Source of the DNA: Rhizodiscina lignyota
Taxonomy: Eukaryota
Assembly: GCA_010015805.1 (NCBI GenBank)
Contig: ML978126.1
Span: 248,001-312,000 of the forward strand
Reading direction: 5' to 3'
DNA length: 64,000 nt
In this document: positions 12,382 to 24,881 of the stretch, in pieces
Numbering within the stretch: position 1 is the first letter of the stretch
How the letters are laid out: every line of letters begins with the position of its first letter
The notes under the pieces: generated by a model
What the model was told of the DNA's origin: nothing
Seen by the model: the letters and a program-made list of their open reading frames with translations, nothing else
The model's database searches: none
Program-made: the position numbers and the translations under genes

Positions 12382-12654
12382 GATTGAGTGATTACTCTCT
12401 CAATAGACTTGAGAGAGCTCAAGTGAAGTCCATGGTGCCAAAGTGCCAGAAATTACCGGAGGTTCACCTCTTGCGGATGAAGCCTCCGCAATGTGCCGAG
12501 GTTCTTGATAAGTAATGATGGATGCCATGGAACGCCGAAAGGCAATGTTAACCATTGAAGAGTTGCACTCGTTCAATTAATTGGACAGTATGCAAATCTC
12601 AATTGTCTCGTTCTAATTACCAACTGTCTGTTGTGATCCATTAGATATCTTATG

Positions 12655-15357
12655 CTATCTATGTCTGCCGCTCCTCCTGATCTCCGCAATGGCATTCCTG
12701 CGGTAGTCACTCTCTGCAAAGAGAGCTTCAATGAGATCGACAACTTCTTCCGGCTCGAACTCCAGGCTTAACTCTCCCTCCTGCCACAAGTACTTGATAT
12801 CTGCGAGACTGCTCTCCATTATTTCGCCGAGATACTGGAACTTGAACCAATTTGGCGTATATATGCCTGTCATATCAACCTGTTCGCCGCTCCCGTCTGG
12901 TGCATCTTGGACGAAGAGATCGTTGAGTTTGCCTATCTGATCGCAGAAGTGTCGAAGCCGCTTGGACTCTTCCTCTGAAATATCCGACATGTCCTCGATA
13001 TCGACGATTATTTTGTTGACGATGGTCGAGACGAGGTTGCCAAGTGATTGTACTCGCGCAGAATGTGATAGCACGTCTTTCCACTGATTATTCACATCCC
13101 TAACGCGATCGACGGTCATTGCAACAGCGTTGTCGCATTCGGCGGCGAAAGGTTGGACAGTGCAATCGCTAAAACCTTGTGCGCCATCGAGGAGATCACG
13201 CAGTATGGTGCGCTGAGCCTCCATTTCCCTGCCGTATGCACGCTTGCCACACCCTTCAAGGAGTCTAATGTCGGCCTCTAATCTTAACCTCGTCGAAGGT
13301 CGCTTCGCGGACGGCAATTTTGAATGGCTGTCCTTTTCTCTTTGCTTAGACAGAAAATCGTTCAGCTCATCCGAGAGACGAGAAGAGTCGTTGTATATGA
13401 GCATGTTACCCGCGACATCCTTTGCGTAATATGTTCCTGCAGTCGCTCTGTACAGGGCAAGGAGTAAGGACGGTATGGAGTAGAGACCAATCGCCGCGGT
13501 TGCGATAGTGGAATTCGAAAACTCATCGGTGGAGAGTCTTTCGGCATCGGAGACTGTTTGCAAGATGACCTCCATGAGACTGTCTGGAATAGCAGTCACT
13601 GTGTAAGTCTCTCGTAGCGTGAGTTCATGTTCGGAATGGCTCAGAGGATCCTGGTCTCCATTGACTCGAGGAGCTCTTGAGGTGGTTCTCGCTTCGTCAG
13701 ACTTTTTGGATTGTTCTGCTTCATCGTCACCCCAGCCCCATGCCTCTCCATCATCCGCCGCTGAAGGTGGCTCGTCAGAGGTTGGCTGGGGTGGGGGAGC
13801 TTTGTCCTCATTTTCCTCCGCACCATCGTCAACATCCCAAGCGGATGTATCCTCCTCCTCATCAACATTCCCAGTATTTTCTTCCGCAGCGGGTTTCTCT
13901 TCTTCCTCCTCCCAAGCATCATCCCAGTCATTGCTTGCTTGATTGTTAGGCGCTTCAACTGACTGGGCCTGGTCCTGTGCGATGACAGCCTCGTTCTTTG
14001 AGACTTTCTGCGTCTCGATCCTCTCAGCCACTTTCTTAGTGCCCAGGCCCTTGAATGAGGTGCTGCGTATTGTTGCAAGCGCAACTTCTTTCCGTTTCGA
14101 AAGCCAGATTCGTGGCGCCTCCTCTATCCAATCAGAGAGCTCTTGTGCTCCATTCCAACCAACTTGATCGAGATCTCCAGCAAGTCTGGAAACAGCATCA
14201 AGAATGCTTTGGAAAGTCAGGATGCCATCCAGCGACAAAGGGATGGAATGGGTCAGCCAGTTCGAGATGAGATTTTCAATGATACTCTTTCCAAGCGTCT
14301 CTGAGATAATAGCATTGACCGAGGAGGGAAATCTGTCATCTAGATACTTAACAATGCTTTCGACATCGCGGATTGCATCTTTCACGCTAGTGGTAGTTGA
14401 CTGTGTTGTATGAATGTCCGAGCCGGACGTGGTTAGCACTACCGAGCTTCTGGCGCCTGCGGGTGAAAGCCGTGGGCGAACAATGACGCTTTCAAACCTT
14501 TTGCAGAAGCGCATCAGATTATCTTCCAGAGCGTTCAGTCTGGATAGCGCTTCCACAACGGTTCCCATCTCGGTGGAAATGCCCTCCTCTGTAATACGTC
14601 AGGAGCAAAACAGACATGTCAGACAGCGTAGCTTACTCTCAACCTGAGAGTTGATTGTGAAACCCTGTCCATTGATAGATTCCACTACAAGAATATTCCA
14701 ACATTCTCTTGTCTGCGAAGCCATGTCCGCGCCTAACTGAGCTATTCGCTGGTGCAGAATGCTTGTGAACTGCGCATTCTCGAACCTGCTCATGTCTTTT
14801 GCGGCATCCACGGCTTCTTCAAACTTCTCAATCCCCTCGAGCATGTGGCCCTCGCGTGATAAATTGTCCGTCTCATCCAGAGTGCCCGAAATGCTTTTGA
14901 CGCGCTGTAGTGTATCCGCCAACGCTTCATTGAATGCCAGCTCCGACTGAAGGAGCTGCTGTTTGCTGGACGCATCATCTATGGCGGCACGGAGTGTCTT
15001 GCCAGCTTCGGCTTCCTGCACAATCTCTCGAGCAGTTGCTTTTGATCGTTCTATATCCGCCTGGAGCTGCTTCGACTGGGCAATCCAGCTGTCGACGTCG
15101 GAGGCCGCATCACGACTAAGGGCACGAATTTCACCCTATTTTACGCGTGTCAGTCCGTGTATGTGAGCTGCATAAGTTCAAATAGCGTGCCGTACTGTGA
15201 TTTCATCTCGGGCCTTCTGAATTGTATCCAACAGTTGAGGTAGCGCAGACGCCGGAAGTTCAGCGGATATTACATCCTCAGAGTCAGGGTACGTGCCAAA
15301 CTCTACATTTTGAATGACTGCATCCGCCAGCGCCTCATCTGAGGCCTTTGGGGGCAT
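12655..15357 (-). CDS. ZW10: ZW10/Dsl1 retrograde tethering and kinetochore protein
   Basis: ATG 15357 with introns 15136-15195 and 14589-14636. Acidic Trp-rich lasso segment (WDDAWEEEEE, AWDVDD, AWGWGDDE). ZW10 C-terminal motifs DMSDISEEES, WFKFQYLGEIMESSLADI and LIEALFAESDYRRNAIAEI. Confidence 0.92.
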
Positions 15358-16022
15358 TTGGAGGGCCGAAGGTTGCGATGGGTTGAGCTATGAAGAACTT
15401 CATGTCAACGAAAGCTGGCAATTGCATGGGGACCTCGAAATATGGCCCGTGCGTCGCACTATAAAATAGATACTCCCAACTGCTCGGGCTGAAGTGTGCG
15501 TGGGGTACTCCGCCGCCGCTAATGATGACCGTAGATTTGTTTAGCCGCCCTGTTTTTGCTTCACAGGCCTGAGCATTCACTTCTGTGCCGTATCGGAATG
15601 ACTCGTTTCTGACCGGTGCTCTAAAAGCCTCGTTCGCATTTGCTCGTAGACAAACATTTCAGGCAGTTCTCGCACTTACGTTTCCCTATCACAAAAGAGG
15701 CAACAAGGAGAAAGACATAAGAAAACACTACACCCCAACCAACTTCGTGCAAGCTCGACGTGGAGTCTCTTCCTTGTTTCAGAGCGAGAAGCATACGTTG
15801 ACCAAACTGGTTTGCCTCCTTTGCCCTGGAAGTCCTCAGTGCGCCACTTAACTCGCGGAACTCCATTCTCCTCCTTCCTCCATTACGCTGCTCACCTTAA
15901 GCCATTTTCATTACCGACCAGGCCTTTTCAGGTCGAGAGACTTTCATTATACTTTTCGGCAGCCCTTGGTCTTGTGACAGCTTGTGGCTCCACGAAAAAG
16001 TCTCGGGGCCAATCACGCCAAG

Positions 16023-19000
16023 ATGCCTGCGATGAAGCAGAGGCAAACGCATTTCAAGAAGATTCAGCAGTTCAAGCCCGATTATGCTATTGCAGAGTTC
16101 ACGCAATACGAGTCTGAAAGGACAGGCTTACGAGTTGCTGTCTGTGATCGGAAGGGTCCTAAGGTGAACGGCTACTTTGCGCTTGCCACTGAGATCCATG
16201 ATGACTCTGGAGCGCCACACACCCTGGAGCACTTATGCTTTATGGGATCCAAGAGCTACAGATATAAGGGGGTTCTGGATCGTTTAGCCACTCGAGCATA
16301 CTCGAACACGAACGCATGGACTGCTACCGATCACACTGCATACACGCTCGACACCGCAGGCTGGGAAGGCTTTGCTCAGATTCTGCCAGTATACCTGGAG
16401 CATGTCCTTCTGCCAACACTAACTGACTCCGGTTGTTATACGGAAGTATGGCATATCGACGGAGAGGGAAATGATGCAGGCGTCGTGTATTCTGAGATGC
16501 AGGGAGTTGAGAACAATCAAAGTGAACTCATGGAGCTGCAAGCTCGCCGCCACATTTATCCCGAAGGCGATGGCTTTCGATACGAAACGGGTGGTTTGAC
16601 AAAGAACCTTCGAGTGTTAACCGCAGACCGCATTCGAGAATTCCATCGCGAGATGTATCAACCCAAGAACCTGCGAGTCGTTCTGGTCGGAGAGGTTGAT
16701 CATGACAACCTGTTGGAGATTCTTGACGACTTCGAGGATACTATACTTTCCGATGTACCACCACTCAAAGCTCCGTTCACGCGCCCTTGGATTGAGTCAA
16801 AGCGCTCGCCTTTCATGGAGAAAACGGTTGTCGACACGGTAGAGTTTCCAGAAGAGGATGAGTCTTCTGGGGAGGTCTTGATTGGCCTTTTTGGCCCCGA
16901 TTTCACGGACAATACTGCTGGCGCCGCAATGGATGTTCTCCTCACCTATCTCGCCGGCTCTTCTGTGTCGCTTCTTGAAAATGTTTTGGTCGAAAAGGAG
17001 CAAGTTTGTAGTGCGGTGTGGCACTACAACGAGTCTCGACCAAATGCATTGATATGGTTTACCCTCAGCTCCGTTGCCACGGAAAAGTTGGCAAATGTTG
17101 AAAAGCGCTTCTTCGAAATCATCACAGATGCTGCATCACAACCGATCGACATGGCCTACATGAAAGACTGCTTGAGACGTTTCCGTCGCCAGGTCGTATA
17201 TGCTGCAGAAACCTCCAACACGATATGGTATGAGCCCATTATCAACGACCATCTCTTTGGTGATCGCGAAGGGAAGGATCTGGAAGATGGATGCAGTTCC
17301 CTCAAACACATGGACGAGCTTGAGGAATGGACAGACGGGCAATGGCGAAAATTCTTGAAGCATTGGTTTATCGACAACCATCACGTATCGATCCTTGGAG
17401 TTCCTTCTGCGAAGCTCTCAAAGAAACTCAAAGACGACGAGAAAGCGCGAGTAAAGGCACAACAAGAACGGCTTGGAGAAGAGGGTCTCAAAAAGCTCGC
17501 AAAGAAGCTGGATGATGCAAAGGCCGAAAACGAAAGGGATATTCCGCCAGAAATTCTTGATCGTTTCGATGTACCGGGAACAGAGTCGATCCATTTCATT
17601 CCCACTACCACCGCTCGCTCCGGCCTAGCAAAGAAGATGGGGAAACTTGACAACGAAATGCAGCATATTATAGACAGGGATGACGCCGACTCTCGATTGT
17701 TCATACATTTCGAGCACATGCCAACAAATTTTTCTCCTTTCACGCTTGTCATGTCTACAAGCGCGGTGCCTGTTGAGCTGAAGCCTCTAATATCGTTGTA
17801 TATGCTCAACTTCTTTACGACCCCGATCATGCGAAATGGGAAGAGGCTTGAATTTGAAGAAGTTGTCACAACACTTGAGCAAGACACCATCACATACGAC
17901 ATCAGCACCGGATCTGGCCTGCGCAACTCTGAACTTCTGCGAATAACATTAGTGGCCGAACCCGAGAAATACCCTACAATGATCTCTTGGCTCCGCGATC
18001 TCCTCTTTAACAACATTTTCGATCCGGAGCGGCTGCAGGCCAGCCTCACCAAAATGCTCGCCGACATCCCAGACGAGAAGCGCAGCGGAAACGACATGGT
18101 TAACGCTGTGAGCAGCATGCTACATTTAAATAGTAGCTCTGCCTCTCGTTCACACAACACGCTCGTCAAGGCGCTCTACCTCAAACGTATCAACAAGCTG
18201 CTCCAATCAGACCCACAAGCAGTCATTGATCGCATGACCACGGTCCGAGACGCCCTCTGCACTTTTGAGAACTTTCGCGTTCTTGTGGTCGCCAACCTTG
18301 AGAAACTGCCAGCACCGGTATCATCATGGGACGTGTTGACTCGTGGTCTTGACACCACCAAGCCGCTGAGGCCTCTTGACAGTCGCAAAGATTCCTTGAG
18401 TGAAGCAGCAAAGAACCCAGGATCACTAGCGTACATCATCCCAATGCCAACAATTGACAGCAGCTTCGCTGTTTTCACTGCTAAAGGCCCCTCCGGATAT
18501 CAGCACCCCTCATTGCCCGCACTTATGGTCGCATTGGCATATCTCGACGCGGTCGAAGGCCCAATGTGGGTCGCAGTCCGAGGCACTGGGTTGGCGTATG
18601 GAACAAATTTCTCGCATGGAAAGGACACAGGCCTTATCGGCTTCAGCGTCTACCGCTCTCCTGACGCCTACAAAGCCTTTGTTGCGGCGCGCAAAGTGGT
18701 CACTGATTTCGTGTCTGGCGAACGTGAGTTCGACAAGCACGGTCTTGAGGGCGCTATCAGCAGTATCATCTTAGGGATGGCGGATGAACAACCGACGATG
18801 ATGAATGCAGCAACTCTTGGGTTCGTGAACATGGTGGTCAAGGAAATTCCGAAGGAATGGGGCAAGGAGATGCTGAAGAAAGTAAGGGAGGTGAGCGTGC
18901 AGGATATCAAAACAGTGATGGAGGAGATTGTTATGGGGGTATTCATACCAGGAAAGGCAGACGTCATGGTCACCTGCGCGACACTCATGGAGGAGGTAGG

Positions 19001-19249
19001 AGAATCATCCGCAAACAGCTATGAGCGAAACTAACGAATTCATAGAAATTGAAGAAGGACCTGGAAGAAGTTGGGTTCAAGCCTGAAGTCCAGCCACTTA
19101 CATACTTCCAGGATGACTATGGCTTGAAGATTGAAGGGGACGAGAACGGCGGGGATGACGAAGATGATGATGAGTTCGACGAAGACGATGAAGAAGATGA
19201 AGAAGATGATGCAGAGGACGGTGCAGAGGACGACGGCGAAGACGAATAG
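16023..19249 (+). CDS. M16-family (insulinase-like) zinc metallopeptidase, YOL098C-type
   Basis: Inverted zinc motif GAPHTLEHLCFMGS, plus NAWTATDHTAY, GVVYSEMQG and VRGTGLAYG. Intron 18996-19045 adds a final exon with a long Asp/Glu tail. Confidence 0.93.
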
Positions 19250-19479
19250 ACTTTACTGGATTTTTGCATCTCGGGTAGGCATAAGATAGATCTCCATGAA
19301 TCTCAACATGATGGTACTGTAGAGACATTCATATCCGAAATTGGTGTTTAGATGCATTAACATGTGGCAAGCTCAACAAGAGATCAACCCTGATCATCAA
19401 ACCAAATAACGGTATGAGCCACAATTGCGCTATAAGAGCAGATTCTCGACATAACTAAGCCAGGCTTGAGCTTCTGTAC

Positions 19480-20738
19480 CTAAATTGTGCCGCGGCCGTG
19501 CTTCTTGTCCTCATCGAGCTGTGACTGGTCAACAATAACAACACCTTTGCCCGACATCTTGCCGCTGTGAGCCAACTCCACAAGCTTCGGGATCTCATTC
19601 AGGCCATTGACAGGGTTGGTCTTGACTGAGATACCGTGTTGCGCGACAACGTCGAGCATCTGCCTTGCTTCCGTAGGATTGCAAACGAGGGAGCCTTTGA
19701 TGCGGACGTCTCGAAAGACGAACTCTACAAAGGGTACGGAGACTCTGGCAGGCTGGACGGTTACAATATCAGCAAATTCGCCCGTGAACTAAGATTGAGC
19801 GTCGTAGAGTCATGCAATGAACCTGCAATGTTTCACTCACCTGTGCAACTTGGACCATCGTTCCGTGCATCATCGTCACAGCACATGCGAGTTCAGCCGC
19901 GCTCTCTGCATCGCTCACGTTAACCGTCGCCTTGACACCCTCTCCACCCGTCACAGATTGCACCTTCTTGATCACCTCGTCTTCTCCTTTCCTCGCATCA
20001 ATGACCACGTCTGCACCGCACTCCTTGCTCAAGGCCAGTCCTTCATCTCGTGCATCAATGCCGATCACATTGATCCCCAGCGCCTTCGCAAACTGGCAGC
20101 CAAGGTGACCCAGTCCTCCTCCCGAACCTACAATCGCCAGCCACTCGCCAGCATGGCACTCTGCAGTTAGGACAGCACGATACACCGTACACCCTGCGCA
20201 TGCCAAGGGCGCGGCAGTCTGAAAGCTCACAGCGTCAGGCATCTTCGCGCTGCTCCTGCTATCAACGGCAACGTACTCCGCGAAGTTGCCATCACGCGTG
20301 ACACCAGTATTCAGGTTTTTGTGGCAGTACTGCGTGTCTGGTGTCTGGCAATCATGGCAGACGCCACACTTATGGTACGAGATGCCGCACATGACTCTAT
20401 CGCCCTCCTTAAAGTCCTTGACGGAGCTGCCAACTGCGACGACGGTACCAGAGCCTTCGTGAGAGGCGGTACATGGCAGTTTCGTTTTGAAGTCGCCGTT
20501 CACAACCATAGAGTCGGTATGACATAGTGATGAAACAGCGGGCTTGACCAGAATGTCCCATTCATCGAGGTCCTTGGGAGTTGGAACTTCGTGGATCTTG
20601 TACGGTTTATGATACTAAGGAGCCATTAGGGTTCACCGTTCTATTCGCGAGAATATGTCAAAAGGATTGAAACAGGCTGAAATATACCTCTATTACCTGG
20701 CATGCAAGCATGCGGTCCGGAACGCTTTCAATACCCAT
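19480..20738 (-). CDS. Zinc-dependent alcohol dehydrogenase (MDR superfamily)
   Basis: ATG 20738 MGIESVPDRMLACQVIE with two introns. Motifs LCHTD, SHEGSG, structural-zinc CGVCHDC..C, APLACAGCTVY and GSGGGLGHLG. Ends KKHGRGTI-TAG at 19480. Confidence 0.93.
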
Positions 20739-21906
20739 CTTGAAGTCGGATACAGTGTCTACTAGTTGATGACGGAACAATATCGTAGAGTTTAAAAGAG
20801 AACTTGGATCCGAAGAGTATAGTGAAACCCGAAGAATATCGGTGGGACAATCGCAAGCTTGAGATCCGAGAAATCGGTGAAGGAGATTACAGATATAAAA
20901 TCCGAGAATTTGCTGCTGAAGCTAGGTCTAAGGAGTCGCTATCTCCATCGACTTTACATATACCGCGGAATGGACTTCCCCACGGAAAAGGGTCCCTTCC
21001 GTCACGATGCAGATGCAAGGGAGATCGACGACTGAGGCTTGCGAAGCTGCTTGCGGCTTGCAGCTTAGCTGTTTGACCAAAGGTTGGAAGTCGTCCAGTG
21101 AGAATAATCGTGATTACCGCGAAACTCGTTCTTTCATGTTAGTGTCATGCGTAAAGAGATGCGGATTTAACGAGGCACCGAGGAAAGGAATTCTTTGAAT
21201 ACCACCTCAGTTCATCATCAAAGATACAATTAGCACAATACCTAGATGTTCCGTTCACGATGGAGTTTAGGCCTCTCGAGTCGCCATTCCGACTTTATTG
21301 CCGTGCGTCTTCGTCAGGCAGACCCACTTCCTAAGGGAGATATGAAGATGTTCACATTAGTGCACATAACTCGATAAGATTCTACATCGAGTTAAAGGGA
21401 TACTCGGCAGCAGGGTAGCAGTTCTCGTCCATAACATCGCAACGCAAAGCAATTATGCCTTTGTAGATTGGGTGATACAGATTGAAGAAGGTTGAATGAC
21501 TGATGAAAGAGATTTCGGAAGCTGGCGCAAGCGATTCGAGGGATCCCATGCATAATCGAGCGCCCTCTCAACTTACAGGCACAAGTTCTACGTTAACACC
21601 TCAGAAATGGGCGATTCTGAGCTCCGTACTTAGTGCGCTGGCCATTGCAGAAAGCGAAAGGAGCAGAAATTTGGAAATTTGTAAGTGGGTGCAAACTATT
21701 CGAGTGGAGTCCGTGCCAAATTGAACGCGCTCCCAGCTATCATTTACTCGATCGAGGTCCCGATGCGCATGGCTGGTACTCAACTCGGCCGTTGGACATG
21801 GTATCAGCAACCAAAAATTCCTTTCATAATCTATATACCATTTCGTCTAGAGTGTCATTTCCCCCAAACCCAAACGCCCATCGTAAAGTGCACAATCACG
21901 CGTCCT

Positions 21907-22896
21907 TCAAGGGTCTCGCTCATCCTTGTACTCGGTCGCGAGGCCAAAGATTTCCCTCAGCCCGGCTGCAGTATCCTTGGGGCTCTTCACACTGTGTCCA
22001 GTCACTCGCGAGTCCTCGTACATCTCGTAGTCGTTGCCACCCTTGAATGTCTTGTCGCCGAAGAAATGGATCGTGGTGAATTTGACACCATCTGGCCTGT
22101 TCGCTTCCTCCTCCACATGCTTCAGGCAGTATGTCTTGTCCCAGCCGTGAGGGAACACGTCGAAGGAGATTTGGCCACCGATCGAGTAGCTGTTGCAAGG
22201 TCTTAGCATCTCCACCCAAAATCTGTTCAGCCTGGTTACTTACGTCAAGCCAATATCGGGAAACTCCTTCTGCAATGCCTCGATCATGGTAGCTCTGACT
22301 TTATGTTCCAGATCATATTTCTCATACTCGTCTCTTTCCACCTTAGTCGTCGCATTCCTGCCAATCGGACTGACATTGATCATGCCCGCCCGGAATTCAA
22401 CAAATGTCCCCCTCTTCTTTGGGATATCCAAGTCCGCAATGTAGTGCAGCATCCAGTTGACCAGCTTCTTGTATTTATCCTCACCGATCCATTGAATGAA
22501 TGTCTGTGACGCCAGCGGCTGACCCATGCGGTACGCCGTCAGTCCGTTCTCAGCGAAGCAGAAATCGAAGAGGGACGTGACGTCGACTCCATTCGCGCCG
22601 AGTTGCTCTTGTTGCTTGACGAGGTTGGAGCCGCCGACAAAGCCAATTGCGACCTTATGGCGAAGCTCGGAGAGGAGCTGGAGCATCGTTGGGTGGACGA
22701 GCTGGAATGGATCGCATTAGCTTGAAATTCAATTGTCGCATGAGCTTTTGAGATAATTTGGAAACTATTGAATCAACTGAAGCTTCGTCCATACCTGCCT
22801 AGCCAGCGTGAGTGTTCCATCGACGTCGAAGAGCACAATGGTGTTTTTGATCGGCCTCTCGTTGAGAGGCGGGATCACAGAGGTTCCTGTCGCCAT
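21907..22896 (-). CDS. SEC53: Phosphomannomutase (eukaryotic HAD-type PMM)
   Basis: Motifs [63 protein letters not shown] and [14 protein letters not shown]. Two introns. Confidence 0.97.
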
Positions 22897-23412
22897 TGTG
22901 CGTGATAGGAACGAGAGACGGCGATTGAGAACGTTCAGAGTGGGCAATTTGAAAGCCGCAAACTTCCAGGGACTTTTACAGCTCTTGCGTGATTAAGAAC
23001 TTGAAAGTGCCGTGGGGAAATTTTTGGGGAAGCTCCCACTTTCACCGCTCACGATCCAGGGACTTCGGAAAGGGGCCGTGCGCATGTGCGATCTTCAGGG
23101 ATTGGATGCGGCGGAGTTTCTCTCTAAGCAAATCATAGCCCTCCAGTGGCTCACGATATCTAGAGAGCGGGAAAGCGCGTTTAGTCATTTCGAATTGAAG
23201 ATATTGTACAAGTTCATGTCATCGTTGAAGTTCGCTGATAAAGATACAGAGCCCCATGCTCCCAAGGAACGACGACTCGGCCGTCATAGGTTACACGCTA
23301 ACCTCATCCTATCCTTCCACTGTCCTAATTCCTCCCCTACGTCACAACCGCGTGTGTATTCAGTCTCGTCTGACAGCCTTCACGGTGAAGTTGATGCGAT
23401 CGAGGAGTGGGT

Positions 23413-23826
23413 TTAACCCTTGGTGAAGCTAAGGACATTCATATCAGCACCAATTCGATGGCTAGATCGTCTTCAGACGGAGAGTATTTTGGAAGGACAG
23501 CATACTCGTTCCACATCTTGCCAAACACACCAGTTGATTTGTTCTGCTCTCCAATGCTGGCTCGCCTCTCTGCACCAGACGGGTCTCTCTTCTGTGCCAT
23601 GAGGCCCGCAAACTTCATTTGACCGGAGGACTGTTCCACGGGTTAGCGTCAGTGATGGTGGCGTCAACTCAATCGACGGTGATAAGCATATGGATAATAG
23701 AGAGGGACACTTTGAGTAGCGATGTGATATTCTAGAAGTATTCAAACTCACCCTTCGGCGCTCAGTTGGAGAAGGAGGAGCTGGAGCCGATTCGGTGCCA
23801 GCTGCCCCTTTGGCTTGATCAGACAT
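23413..23826 (-). CDS. Spliced 71-aa hydrophilic microprotein resembling ascomycete 'conidiation-specific expression' small proteins
   Basis: Exons 23752-23826, 23506-23630 and 23413-23428 with canonical introns (GTGAGT..GCTAAC..CAG; GTATGC..TAG) total 216 nt. Translation: MSDQAKGAAGTESAPAPPSPTERRRSSGQMKFAGLMAQKRDPSGAERRASIGEQNKSTGVFGKMWNDFTKG. Confidence 0.82.
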
Positions 23827-24030
23827 GTTGGTGTGCTTGTTTTGGAGCGAGGAGTTCATTTGCTTGAGAAACATTTTAACTAGAGGTTGCTCGATGGATG
23901 TCTGAGTGAGTCTCTTTCGTACGTGTAGAGTTCAAGTCGTTCTTAGGACAATGAAGATATTATGTAGATAATGCTTTGGGTCACACCACTATTTATCAGC
24001 CCGCTGCATCAGCTCTTCCCACCAAGCAGA

Positions 24031-24332
24031 TCCCCCTTCCCCTCAGAGTCTATGCTCACATGCCTCTGACGCCTCTAGGGCAAGCTTCCCCATACCTAGA
24101 CTCTCGTGCGAGCTCTTACCCCGCAAATCACTGCCAGTTCAAGCATTCCGCCTGGGGCGCGGCCAATCAGCACGTGAGCTGTGACGTATACTTTACTTCG
24201 ATCGCGGGATCGAGCATTGAGCCCTGCTGATCATTGGTACGAGTGTACGACGGTACAATTACGTTACTTTTTACGGGGACTGATTGCGAATTGGAAAGGA
24301 GGCGCAAATGAGCGTTCTGTGGAGAACAGGGG
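24031..24332. promoter_or_regulatory. Cluster of stress/cAMP-type elements upstream of the microprotein gene
   Basis: STRE CCCCT at 24033 and 24039, AGGGG at 24328, CCAAT at 24163, CACGTGA at 24171 and CRE-like TGACGTA at 24182. Confidence 0.45.
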
Positions 24333-24881
24333 CCTCAGCATGGGCCTGGAAGCGTAGATGATATAAAGTTCGACCGCTCGGATGGTCAACAGCGCCGAAA
24401 GAAACGAACTAGAAATTGAGTTGGGTGGGGAGGATGTGGAGCTGCAGCTCGATGAATGAAGGGTTGTTGATATCTAAGCAGACCCTTGGGAAACCCTCCC
24501 TCATGTCCTGAGCCTCCGATTGGAGACGGAGTTTGGTACGAAGGAACGGTATATCTGCAGGTATACCGTATACTGGGCATACTCATGGCGGGCAATAACA
24601 GTCAGAATAAATCCCTTGTGCATCTCCGCTCATAGCTTTTCCGGATAGGCTAAAGTAGATTCCATACCCGGTGACATGCGGACGGAAGCACGTCTGGTGG
24701 CTCGGCTGTCATATATGCTATACGTAAAGGAGCAAGAGAAGGCTGATCGGTCTCCGTCAATATGGCGAAAGGATAGGAATGCTGGTAGTATGTTTGGTAA
24801 GATTCAAACTAATGTCAGTCTTTCGGGTATATGAATACTCTTCAATTCCCCCTATTCCACAGCGACATGGCGAACATCGCC

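Noticed and set aside
17381..18169. 262-aa antisense ORF (and many similar shadow ORFs)
   Set aside because: It lies exactly opposite a well-supported CDS and is explained by codon bias. No domain features.
19130..19246. GAY/GAR-rich low-complexity repeat
   Set aside because: It simply encodes the acidic tail of the M16 peptidase and is not an independent repeat element.
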